Below, one piece after another: positions 1-6,851 of a stretch of 51,055 nt of DNA (position 1 is its first letter; every line of letters begins with the position of its first letter). The stretch lies in the IMG/VR virus record IMGVR_UViG_3300000115_000001, one strand, 5' to 3'. The notes beneath the pieces are model-generated. The model saw nothing but the letters and a program-made list of their open reading frames with translations. It ran no database searches and had not been told where the DNA came from. This DNA is from a virus. A program made the position numbers and the translations under genes.

Positions 1-731
1 TTCTGAAACATCCAAACACCCTGAACCACCTTACCACCTATGATATCATATTCATAGATTGTGTCTTCTTGGGTTTGGGACATCCTACCCTCAAGGAAAA
101 CGTCGTTCTCAGGCACCCGAACTTCCTTGGGTTCTTCGAATACGTTGTGGGAGTTGTCCCAGTGTGGGATGATCTCATCGCCTCTTACCACCACGCCTGG
201 TGAGCTGCGGCGGACAGTTTGGACACAGTCCCCGATGCGCGGCTTGCGCGGGCGGAGGTTGTTGTCCTCATCATCGATATAGCCATATTCATAGAAGTAT
301 GAGTTCACCTGTGATTTAGCTCTGAGCCAAATGTCATACAGGGTCTCATTGCCAACTTGGAACTGGCGGTATTGTTTGGGGCACCATCTCTGGTGCTTGG
401 TCCAATCGATGCCCAATACTAGGCAGACTTCCATATATTCTTGACCCAATGTGAGGTCACTTATCAGTGGGGATAGCTCCCCAGCAGGTAGGTCATTGTA
501 CATCCAAATACCTTCCCGTGGAACGGAAACAAAATCAGGATAGAACCTGTGGATGGTGGCCGTCAGCTCATTGAATCTGTCAGCGTGATTCCATTTACGT
601 TTCTTATATCTTTCAATCTTGGATTTTACTATCGTATTCATATATTGGATAAGGGTGCCGTGCCCAGAGCTACTACTCTTACGTTTTCTATCGTGATGTC
701 TATTGGTTACCTCGTGCAGTGATCTTAACAA
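1..731 (-). CDS. Truncated second copy of hypothetical gene 47642..48520 (N-terminal ~243 codons; cut by repeat/window edge)
   Basis: Sequence is identical to 47790..48520 and the frame runs off the left edge. Confidence 0.6.
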   Translation of the reverse strand, partial: MLRSLHEVTNRHHDRKRKSSSSGHGTLIQYMNTIVKSKIERYKKRKWNHADRFNELTATIHRFYPDFVSVPREGIWMYNDLPAGELSPLISDLTLGQEYMEVCLVLGIDWTKHQRWCPKQYRQFQVGNETLYDIWLRAKSQVNSYFYEYGYIDDEDNNLRPRKPRIGDCVQTVRRSSPGVVVRGDEIIPHWDNSHNVFEEPKEVRVPENDVFLEGRMSQTQEDTIYEYDIIGGKVVQGVWMFQ

Positions 732-877
732 TTCCAGGTGAACCTGGGTTGACAGTTATGTATCGTGAGTTATACCTCATCATCGTGCAGTGAACGCCCT
801 TGGAGCGTCTGGCTCTGGGCTCGGGCTTATTGATGCATATGTAGCCATATGCCTTGGTTATGAAGTCCTTCGAGACT

Positions 878-907
878 TAAATTGAATGGAAGGTCCCCGA
901 AGGGACC
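878..907 (-). terminator. Stem-loop terminator candidate after the 177-aa early gene
   Basis: Minus strand reads GGTCCC-TTCG-GGGACC (892..907) followed by T-rich TTCCATTCAATTT, 11 nt after the stop of 919..1452. Confidence 0.55.
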
Positions 908-918
908 CCCCAGTTTGG

Positions 919-1452
919 TTAGGCGTTCATAGCCTGTTCAACCTCATCAATTGGATCTCCCAATTCTTCGGTCGGTGTGGGTGTAAAGTAGTCAGTTGCG
1001 TCCAGCATTGCATCAAGCTCAGTATCACTGAGGTTGTCGTTGGCTACGCTGTTGATGTAGACAGTATCCGGATAGTTTCCACCATCAGGATGTTCGTTGC
1101 CAGTTACGATGCGACAGTTGACAGCAGTGCCCAGCATATTCCACGGATTACTATCTTCAGTGCGAAGATATTTGTGGATGTAGTGACGCACCTGCTTAGC
1201 AGACATGTCTTTGGTAGCCAGACGGAACTTAGGTGAAGCAGCACATACGCTGTTGTATGCTCCGTTCAGTTCGTCAGTCACCATGTTCATGCGAACGTAG
1301 ATGATCTTGGTCAGGTCTTGGGGGTCACGATTAGGTGCCTCCAGACGTAAGTTCAGATTCTCGCGTGCATCAAATGCGTCGCGGATCTGGATGTCAGTGA
1401 CGACGAGTTCAATGTTCTCGTCGATAGGTAGTGTGTGATTACTATTACTCAT
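919..1452 (-). CDS. Hypothetical early protein, 177 aa, acidic C-terminus (copy of 48708..49241)
   Basis: Clean long ORF with no credible competing frame, followed by a stem-loop. No motif recognised. Confidence 0.75.
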   Translation of the reverse strand: MSNSNHTLPIDENIELVVTDIQIRDAFDARENLNLRLEAPNRDPQDLTKIIYVRMNMVTDELNGAYNSVCAASPKFRLATKDMSAKQVRHYIHKYLRTEDSNPWNMLGTAVNCRIVTGNEHPDGGNYPDTVYINSVANDNLSDTELDAMLDATDYFTPTPTEELGDPIDEVEQAMNA

Positions 1453-1483
1453 ATTTATACTTTCGTGTTGTCCGATTATTCGG

Positions 1484-2026
1484 TTATTCAGTTAATCCTT
1501 CGTAAGGGTTAGATGTGTCAGGCTTAGAATTTCTATCTTCAAAGCCTGGTGGTGTGATTATTTGCGGTCCCTCACCTGCCTCTTCTGGAGACATGGGAGC
1601 AAGCGCGAATTGTGATAGCTTACCAACATTAGCAGCAGCTAGTTCAGTAAGGTTTTGAGTTAGTCTTTCCACAGCACTCTGAGGGAAGTGCGTGGGAAAG
1701 TGTTTATGTAGTGAGGTGCAGCATGAAGCAATTGAGGGGTGAATCTCCCCTATCATACCCATAGCTGTCCAGTTGTTGATGCAGAACTCAATGGCATCTT
1801 TGCCAGCAGATTTGTGTGCATCTGGCGGTAGCAGTGATTTAGTCCATGACTTATACCACAGGTCTATCTTGCGTGCCACCATGTCCTGGCGGTCCTGCTC
1901 AGCTTCATCCAGAAGGGTCTGGAGATCCTCCACTGGTCCTAAGATGTGGCCGTTCATGAATTGTTTGCCCTCAAGGAGAGGGGACACGTGGCATATTAAT
2001 GCCCATTGTTCAGTTAGAGTTATCAT
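1484..2026 (-). CDS. Hypothetical early protein, 180 aa (copy of 49273..49815)
   Basis: Long ORF tightly packed with its neighbours. No motif recognised. Confidence 0.75.
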   Translation of the reverse strand: MITLTEQWALICHVSPLLEGKQFMNGHILGPVEDLQTLLDEAEQDRQDMVARKIDLWYKSWTKSLLPPDAHKSAGKDAIEFCINNWTAMGMIGEIHPSIASCCTSLHKHFPTHFPQSAVERLTQNLTELAAANVGKLSQFALAPMSPEEAGEGPQIITPPGFEDRNSKPDTSNPYEGLTE

Positions 2027-2168
2027 AATCTTTATTCCATATAGTTAGTAGTGTGAGTAGTATTGCACACACCATGATGTTATTTTCTTCTACTTCATCA
2101 GCATAACTGAAGGCAGCTATAGCCACGAATATGTAGGCCAGTATTAGCTGGAGTGTTGAGGTTTTCAT
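2010..2168 (-). CDS. Small membrane protein, 52 aa from the ATG at 2168 (ORF extends to 2195)
   Basis: Two hydrophobic segments. The ATG at 2168 overlaps the upstream stop as ATGA, suggesting translational coupling. Confidence 0.5.
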   Translation of the reverse strand: MKTSTLQLILAYIFVAIAAFSYADEVEENNIMVCAILLTLLTIWNKDYDNSN

Positions 2169-2413
2169 AACTTTGAGATGGTTTTCATTGCCCATAGACC
2201 AGAACTGACGAAGAAGCCAGTGAGTGCAGCCAGGACCATACCACTGTATGTTCCCTTACCCAACCACATCAGTGTGCCAGTGATTAGTATGTCTCCTAAT
2301 ACCTGGAACCTGATGGCTCGGGAGTAGCCCAGCATCTTAATCCACAGGAATATGAAGCCAGCGGCTGTGAGTATTGCAAGTATGAGATTATCCATAGCAG
2401 TATGTTGATTCAA
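2165..2413 (-). CDS. Small multi-pass membrane protein, 76-82 aa
   Basis: Three hydrophobic stretches (LILAILTAAGFIFLWI, ILITGTLMWL, MVLAALTGFFVSSGLW). Alternative ATG at 2395. Confidence 0.55.
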   Translation of the reverse strand: MNQHTAMDNLILAILTAAGFIFLWIKMLGYSRAIRFQVLGDILITGTLMWLGKGTYSGMVLAALTGFFVSSGLWAMKTISKL

Positions 2414-2687
2414 TTGATTGACTGATCCTGTCTACCAACAGGTCAGTGTGGTAAGTGAGTCTATCGTATTCTTCTGGTAGTCCTATCCAGTCGTTAGGCA
2501 TGGATAGTGTGCCCATGATACCATGTGCTCCCTCAGTTATGAGTGTGCGCAGGTCCTCAAGGGTCAGTGCCTCGTAGGACACTGTGCAGGATGACAAGCG
2601 TGTCATTGCATCACCGACCAGGTAATCGTGGACGGCGATGTAGTTAATGTCATTACGTGTGGTTAGTTGTGTATGGTCCATTTTCAT
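2388..2687 (-). CDS. Hypothetical early protein, 99 aa
   Basis: ORF in a tightly packed operon. No motif recognised. Confidence 0.65.
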   Translation of the reverse strand: MKMDHTQLTTRNDINYIAVHDYLVGDAMTRLSSCTVSYEALTLEDLRTLITEGAHGIMGTLSMPNDWIGLPEEYDRLTYHTDLLVDRISQSIESTYCYG

Positions 2688-2689
2688 GA

Positions 2690-2977
2690 TTATGCCTTTT
2701 TACTTAGGTTGTGAATGTTACGGGCTGTGCGCTCGTATTTAATGTTAGTGGCCTCGGTCTCATAGATGTCCTTGAGGTGAGCAGCAGTGGAGCCGACCTT
2801 GTTAGCGGCGGCTAGCATTGCTTCCTTGGGTGTGAGGATCTTGGTGTCGTTGAACTTAGTGGCACCAGCCTGGGCGGCCTTGAAGACCTTGGTCTTAGTA
2901 GCAGTGGCTGCGTTATTCATGTGTATGATGCCTCGTATTGCTTTGCGTGTGATATTCATTGTTAATCCTTTATTCAT
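2690..2977 (-). CDS. Hypothetical basic Ala/Lys-rich protein, 95 aa; first gene of the leftward arm
   Basis: First ORF downstream (minus strand) of the control region. Alternative ATG at 2959. Confidence 0.6.
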   Translation of the reverse strand: MNKGLTMNITRKAIRGIIHMNNAATATKTKVFKAAQAGATKFNDTKILTPKEAMLAAANKVGSTAAHLKDIYETEATNIKYERTARNIHNLSKKA

Positions 2978-3016
2978 GGTTGAGTGGGGACTATTCCCCA
3001 GTGATATGCGCGTGGT

Positions 3017-3032
3017 TGGGCATTATTGCCCA
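3017..3032. promoter_or_regulatory. Inverted repeat TGGGCA-ttat-TGCCCA about 40 nt upstream of the first leftward gene
   Basis: Read directly: 6-bp arms with a 4-nt spacer. Could be an operator or a 5' UTR hairpin. Confidence 0.35.
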
Positions 3033-3302
3033 TGTGTCAGTGCAGGTGTGGCCCTACTGGACCGTAGTAACCTACTCATACACACATACTTATGTGCTTA
3101 TCAGCACTTAGCCCCGCAGGGTCAGGGCTCGGTGGCTGTCCATACATACATATGGCCTCGTGCTGCAACCTCGGGCCTCCGGCCCTTCGTATCCCTCCCT
3201 CATTCGGCCCTTGAGGACCTATCGGACGGGGGGGCCTAGGGGGGATTCGAGTTGGTGGACCAGGGGTGGTCCGGACCCAAACAGACAATTTAGTGAATTT
3301 GG

Positions 3303-3317
3303 CCCAATTGTAAAAAA
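3303..3317 (-). promoter_or_regulatory. 15-mer CCCAATTGTAAAAAA (minus strand TTTTTTACAATTGGG), shared with 36831..36845; candidate leftward promoter element
   Basis: An exact 15-nt match occurs at two sites. Both lie upstream, on the minus strand, of minus-strand gene blocks. Confidence 0.35.
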
Positions 3318-3411
3318 GACCCCTTTGGGGGAGAAAACAGGTTGGTTACACCTGAACTACACCATTACTACGGCCCAAAAGTAACTCCGTTTTCCTATAG
3401 TAAGGGACATA

Positions 3412-3607
3412 CCGGTTACGCCAGTTACGCCTATCTGGATAAAAAACTCATAAGTGTCAATTTGATGCACCAAGTATACACTAGTATATCTCATATTTTT
3501 TAAAGCCGTAACCGCGTAACTTCCGTAACAATGTCCAAAAAACCCTTATTTTATATATAGGGACGCAGCTACACCTGTTTTAAATTTGCCGTAACCAGCC
3601 GTAACCA
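3412..3607. repeat. Array of seven CGTAAC iterons
   Basis: Two copies are inverted (within ccGGTTACGCC and ccAGTTACGCC, 3412..3431). Five are direct (3507..3512, 3515..3520, 3524..3529, 3590..3595, 3600..3605). The last two sit in a perfect tandem 10-mer GCCGTAACCA x2 (3588..3607). Two more bare GTAAC/GTTAC cores lie at 3345..3349 and 3381..3385. Confidence 0.8.
3581..3588 (+). promoter_or_regulatory. TAAATTTG, fits the Bacteroidota-type -7 promoter box TAnnTTTG; candidate rightward promoter
   Basis: The motif lies 72 nt upstream of the first rightward ATG and directly abuts the tandem iterons. No good -33 TTTG at the expected spacing. Confidence 0.25.
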
Positions 3608-3627
3608 GAAAATGTAAGTTTTAGTTG

Positions 3628-3637
3628 ACACTAGTGT
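3628..3637. promoter_or_regulatory. Perfect 10-bp palindrome ACACTAGTGT; related copy ACACTAGTAT at 3478..3487
   Basis: Read directly. The two ACTAGT-centred sites are 150 bp apart and bracket the direct iterons; candidate operators. Confidence 0.4.
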
Positions 3638-3659
3638 AAGCACCAGTAGCGTCTCTTAC

Positions 3660-3920
3660 ATGAAGTATCTTAGTTTTGAAAAAATAGACGCAATTATGTT
3701 TGATTTGAAAGAAGGATCGAACATCGCTCGAATATCACGGAAGCATGGAGTCTCCCGACCCACGATCTACAAGCTCGAATACGAGGAAGGTTCCACATAC
3801 CAGCGTTGGAAGGACGAATGGGACAGATTGGAGGAGTATAGGTGGGAAAATAGGGATGAAATCATGACTAGTCCACACACTGGCAAAAAGTATAGAGCTA
3901 TATACGAGGAAATAGTATGA
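3660..3920 (+). CDS. Small helix-turn-helix DNA-binding protein, 86 aa
   Basis: The HTH-like segment SNIARISRKHGVSRPTIYKL is seen. It is the first gene of the rightward arm, next to the iterons. Confidence 0.7.
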   Translation: MKYLSFEKIDAIMFDLKEGSNIARISRKHGVSRPTIYKLEYEEGSTYQRWKDEWDRLEEYRWENRDEIMTSPHTGKKYRAIYEEIV

Positions 3921-4498
3921 AATTACCCAGTAAACACAAAGGCACTCAGATCACCGATGATGAACTGTTTGAGAAACCTGTTATCAAGAAGCGGAAGTCT
4001 GTTATGACTGGCGAAAAGGCCACTAAGGCCCGTTTGACGCATTTTAAGAAGAAGACCCTACCGAAAATAGGTGACTTGATCGATGCTGCGAAGGTGGAGC
4101 GGGAGAATCTGGAGGTCATTCAGAAGGAGAGGGTGAAAGTAGAGGAGAAGTTGAAGGAAAGACAGAGGCTCCTGGACAGTGCTCCCAGCGCAAAGGATCA
4201 GGCGAAGCTAATTGCGGGGTTGTTTAAGGATATGAAGTTTGAGCCTATTGCTGAGGCTATTAAGTTGGTGAAGGGAAGGGCACTTGATCCGAAGACCAAA
4301 GCGCAACTCATTTTAAAATTGGCTGAATGGACGACTCCGAAGCCGAAAATGATTGACACACAGAAGGATGAGAGCATGAATCTCGACATTGCTGTGGTAG
4401 ATTTCAGTAATGTTACCCAAAATGACCTGAAAAATCAGGTAGAACAGGCGGATGACGCCGAATACGAGCAGTTTACTCTCAAAGACGATGAAAAGTAG
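3917..4498 (+). CDS. Hypothetical coiled-coil Lys/Glu-rich protein, 193 aa; possible small terminase subunit by position
   Basis: ATGA overlap with the upstream gene, and located upstream of TerL. No diagnostic motif. Confidence 0.6.
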   Translation: MKLPSKHKGTQITDDELFEKPVIKKRKSVMTGEKATKARLTHFKKKTLPKIGDLIDAAKVERENLEVIQKERVKVEEKLKERQRLLDSAPSAKDQAKLIAGLFKDMKFEPIAEAIKLVKGRALDPKTKAQLILKLAEWTTPKPKMIDTQKDESMNLDIAVVDFSNVTQNDLKNQVEQADDAEYEQFTLKDDEK

Positions 4499-4868
4499 TG
4501 AAATAGTGCCAAATATGGATGAATACGCCGCGAAACCGTTGAGAACGGTAATAAGTGAGGAACAAATGGAGAAGTTGATTGCATGTAAGAAGCGCATGGA
4601 TGAAAATGCTGCTAATGGATACGCATCAAATTCCCACATCGCTCAAAATAGGTCCACATCTAGTCAAGTTATCACTCAACTACCGGAGCAAAAAGAGCCT
4701 CGGAGTCTTTCTGGCACAGAAGTTGGAGATTCGCCTCCGGCCAAAACTACCTCCCACGGTGCTGCTGGACACACTACTGCACGAAATCAAGCACGCAAAA
4801 GAGTATCTGCTAAACGAAAACCAGCTACCAAACGAGGAAGAGCTAAGAGTAAGCATTCAAGCAACTAA
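4488..4868 (+). CDS. Questionable ORF, 126 aa, with a low-complexity basic tail; competes with frame 4579..5040
   Basis: The ATG at 4488 overlaps the upstream stop. The first ~40 codons look protein-like; the remainder is Ser/Thr/Lys/Arg-rich. Confidence 0.3.
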   Translation: MKSSEIVPNMDEYAAKPLRTVISEEQMEKLIACKKRMDENAANGYASNSHIAQNRSTSSQVITQLPEQKEPRSLSGTEVGDSPPAKTTSHGAAGHTTARNQARKRVSAKRKPATKRGRAKSKHSSN

Positions 4869-5040
4869 CGAAGCACAATTTGTTCTCGATAACCCTAAAT
4901 TCTTAATATGGCAACTATCACTCTGCCAGCAAATAATTGGAAGCCGCGACCATATCAGCTCCCATTCTGGAAATACATGGAAACACACCCCTCGGGGCGA
5001 GCAGTTATCGCCTGGCACAGACGAGCCGGAAAGGACCTGA
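4579..5040 (+). CDS. Putative SprT/ImmA-like HExxH zinc metallopeptidase-domain protein (start and end uncertain)
   Basis: Reads ...SLGVFLAQKLEIRLRPKLPPTVLLDTLLHEIKHAKEYL, with HEIKH at 4780..4794. The ORF overlaps the TerL start by 133 nt. Confidence 0.45.
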   Translation: MHVRSAWMKMLLMDTHQIPTSLKIGPHLVKLSLNYRSKKSLGVFLAQKLEIRLRPKLPPTVLLDTLLHEIKHAKEYLLNENQLPNEEELRVSIQATNEAQFVLDNPKFLIWQLSLCQQIIGSRDHISSHSGNTWKHTPRGEQLSPGTDEPERT

Positions 5041-6230
5041 CATGTATCAATTGGACGGCAAAAGCCTCAATGCAAAGGGTGGGCCTGTATTGGCTAGTTT
5101 TTCCCTTGCTTAATCAGGGGCGACGTATCGCCTGGACGGGTATGGACGGCGAGGGTATCCCGTTTATCGACGCGTGGCCAAAGGAGTTGGTCGCGAGCAA
5201 GCAGTCCGGAGAGATGAGGCTGACATTGAAGAATGGCTCTGTCATCCAAATTATGGGCGCAGATCAACCCGACAGGGCTGTAGGTGCCAACCCAATCGGT
5301 ATGGTTTTCTCGGAATACTCGCTGTGTGATCCGACCATCTGGCAGCTCACGCTGCCGATTCTGGCGGAGAATGGTGGGTGGGCCGTATTCAACGGAACCC
5401 CTAGAGGGGAGAACCATTTCTACGATATCCTTCTGGAAGCCCAATCGAACAAAAAGTGGTTCGGCAGTCACTTAACGGCAAGAGACACTAAGGCCGTCAC
5501 GCCCGAAGCACTGATTGAGGCCAGACAGGAAGCGAAAGATGAAGCCCTGTTCCAGCAGGAGTTCATGACCAGTTTCAGCTCCCCGTTACAGGGAGCCTAC
5601 TACGCCTCCCAGATGAAGCAACTTTCTAAACAGAATCGTTTTCTTGACCGCATTTCACCCGATCCCAAGTTAGACGTGCACACAGCATGGGATCTGGGTG
5701 TTGCGGACAAGACGGCTATCTGGTTCTACCAGCAGTTTCAATCTGAAATCCGAATCCTTGATTACTATGAAAACTCCGGAGAAGGACTTCCCTTCTATAT
5801 TCGAGTTCTACGAGAGTGGCAGGAAGATAACGGTATCGTGTATGGCAAACACTTTGCGCCTCACGATATCAAGGTCCGTGAACTCACCAGCGGAAAGTCC
5901 CGCTACGAAACAGCCCGAGAACTCGGCATCCGCTTCTCCATCGTCCAAAAGCACACGATCGAAGACGGCATCGATCAGACCCGCAACCTACTACCTAGAT
6001 GTTGGTTCGACAGAGCCAAATGTCACCGTGGAATTAACGCTCTAAAATCATACAAGAAAGAATACGATGCGCTCAGAGACACCTTCAAGCCCAAGCCCCT
6101 CCACGACTGGAGTTCCCACGCAGCCGACGCCTTCCGATACCTCGCCTGGGGCTTCAAAGACGCACAAAAAGAACGCTCTCGGGAGCGGATTGGATCACGA
6201 TACTCTACGGACTACTCTGTCTTTGATTGA
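4908..6230 (+). CDS. terL: Terminase large subunit
   Basis: N-terminal ATPase signature KPRPYQLPFW...AWHRRAGKDLT. C-terminal nuclease-type acidic motifs WDLGVADKTAIWF and HDWSSHAADAFRYL. Located upstream of the portal gene. Confidence 0.9.
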   Translation: MATITLPANNWKPRPYQLPFWKYMETHPSGRAVIAWHRRAGKDLTCINWTAKASMQRVGLYWLVFPLLNQGRRIAWTGMDGEGIPFIDAWPKELVASKQSGEMRLTLKNGSVIQIMGADQPDRAVGANPIGMVFSEYSLCDPTIWQLTLPILAENGGWAVFNGTPRGENHFYDILLEAQSNKKWFGSHLTARDTKAVTPEALIEARQEAKDEALFQQEFMTSFSSPLQGAYYASQMKQLSKQNRFLDRISPDPKLDVHTAWDLGVADKTAIWFYQQFQSEIRILDYYENSGEGLPFYIRVLREWQEDNGIVYGKHFAPHDIKVRELTSGKSRYETARELGIRFSIVQKHTIEDGIDQTRNLLPRCWFDRAKCHRGINALKSYKKEYDALRDTFKPKPLHDWSSHAADAFRYLAWGFKDAQKERSRERIGSRYSTDYSVFD

Positions 6231-6645
6231 TGAATGCGAACTCAAACACGTTTCTGCTGGTCTGGACTTCGGTCTCTATGTTGATGGTTACATCAATGGG
6301 TTTGTCGAGCTACCTGATACATACTTCATTAAAGGACCGGACGTTCTTATTATGGCCCATCATGCTAGGATCGACCCTAACACTGGTAATCCTCGGGAAT
6401 ATTGGCACATTCACTATCTAGCCACCCGCAAGGGAAAGAATAAACTTGACGTTCTCTTTGATTGGATGCCATATCGTTTACCTGAGATTGGCACGGCCCG
6501 CCCGTTCAAGAATAGTTTGGGCTTGCGCTTCTTCAAAACAGAACGATTGTTAAAACTATGCCAGCATTTCCACGATTCATCAGATTCCTCTTCGGACTCC
6601 ACTTCATTTGCTACCTCGGCGGAGGTGGAAAAGCCCCATCAGTGA
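6223..6645 (+). CDS. Hypothetical protein, ~140 aa from a TTG at 6223 (the ORF's ATG at 6067 lies inside terL)
   Basis: Protein-like sequence begins only after the terL stop. The TTG start overlaps the terL stop by 8 nt. Confidence 0.5.
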   Translation: MIDECELKHVSAGLDFGLYVDGYINGFVELPDTYFIKGPDVLIMAHHARIDPNTGNPREYWHIHYLATRKGKNKLDVLFDWMPYRLPEIGTARPFKNSLGLRFFKTERLLKLCQHFHDSSDSSSDSTSFATSAEVEKPHQ

Positions 6646-6851
6646 GTAATCCCACTCCTGTTGCGTCCGCCCCAGCCGCGCTGGGCCGCGCCAGACAGGG
6701 GTCCGACACTTCCAGGGTTGTGAATCCGGAAGCATTTCGGAGAGTCCCCTCAGACCCACGCAGACGAAATCAACGTAGACAAACAGGCACCCCCACCGGA
6801 AATACGGACACCACAGCCATTACTGGCGCAGCACTAGGAAGCGGAATCTAA
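6642..6851 (+). CDS. Hypothetical small basic protein, ~69 aa, GTG start
   Basis: GTGA start/stop overlap with 6223..6645 and TAATG overlap with the portal start. Confidence 0.4.
   Translation: MSNPTPVASAPAALGRARQGSDTSRVVNPEAFRRVPSDPRRRNQRRQTGTPTGNTDTTAITGAALGSGI

Larger units (their letters stand above)
1..3266. repeat. Left copy of exact 3,266-bp direct terminal repeat (identical to 47790..51055)
   Basis: All ORFs in 61..3239 recur with identical translations at +47,789 nt. Both boundaries and spot-checked intergenic stretches match base for base. The unique unit is 47,789 bp. Confidence 0.97.
2978..3659. promoter_or_regulatory. Divergent non-coding control region between the leftward early/replication arm and the rightward packaging/structural arm
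   Basis: 682 bp whose only ORFs are low-complexity Pro/Gly/Arg-rich. All genes to the left are on the minus strand and all genes to the right (to 31794) are on the plus strand. It contains a GC-rich block, iterons and palindromes. Confidence 0.75.

Noticed and set aside
3319-3329. CCCC-ttt-GGGG mini-hairpin plus T6 on the minus strand as a terminator
   Set aside because: The stem is only 4 bp, and there is no upstream minus-strand gene to terminate. The T-tract is part of the shared 15-mer, which I interpret as a promoter-associated element.
2787-3384. ORFs 2787..3239 (+, 150 aa), 3076..3288 (-, 70 aa) and 3160..3384 (+, 74 aa) in the control region
   Set aside because: Their translations are Pro/Gly/Arg/Ser-rich low complexity, typical of GC-rich non-coding DNA. 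They overlap each other and the antisense of gene 2690..2977. I treat the region as non-coding.
3412-3607. The possibility that the short repeats form a CRISPR array
   Set aside because: The repeat units are only 6-10 bp, irregularly spaced, in mixed orientation and without spacer-sized unique inserts. They fit iterons or operators, not CRISPR.
3625-3653. TTGACA at 3625..3630 as a sigma70-type -35 box for the rightward arm
   Set aside because: No acceptable -10 hexamer lies 16-18 nt downstream (AGCGTC at 3648..3653). The hexamer is part of the ACACTAGTGT palindrome context instead.
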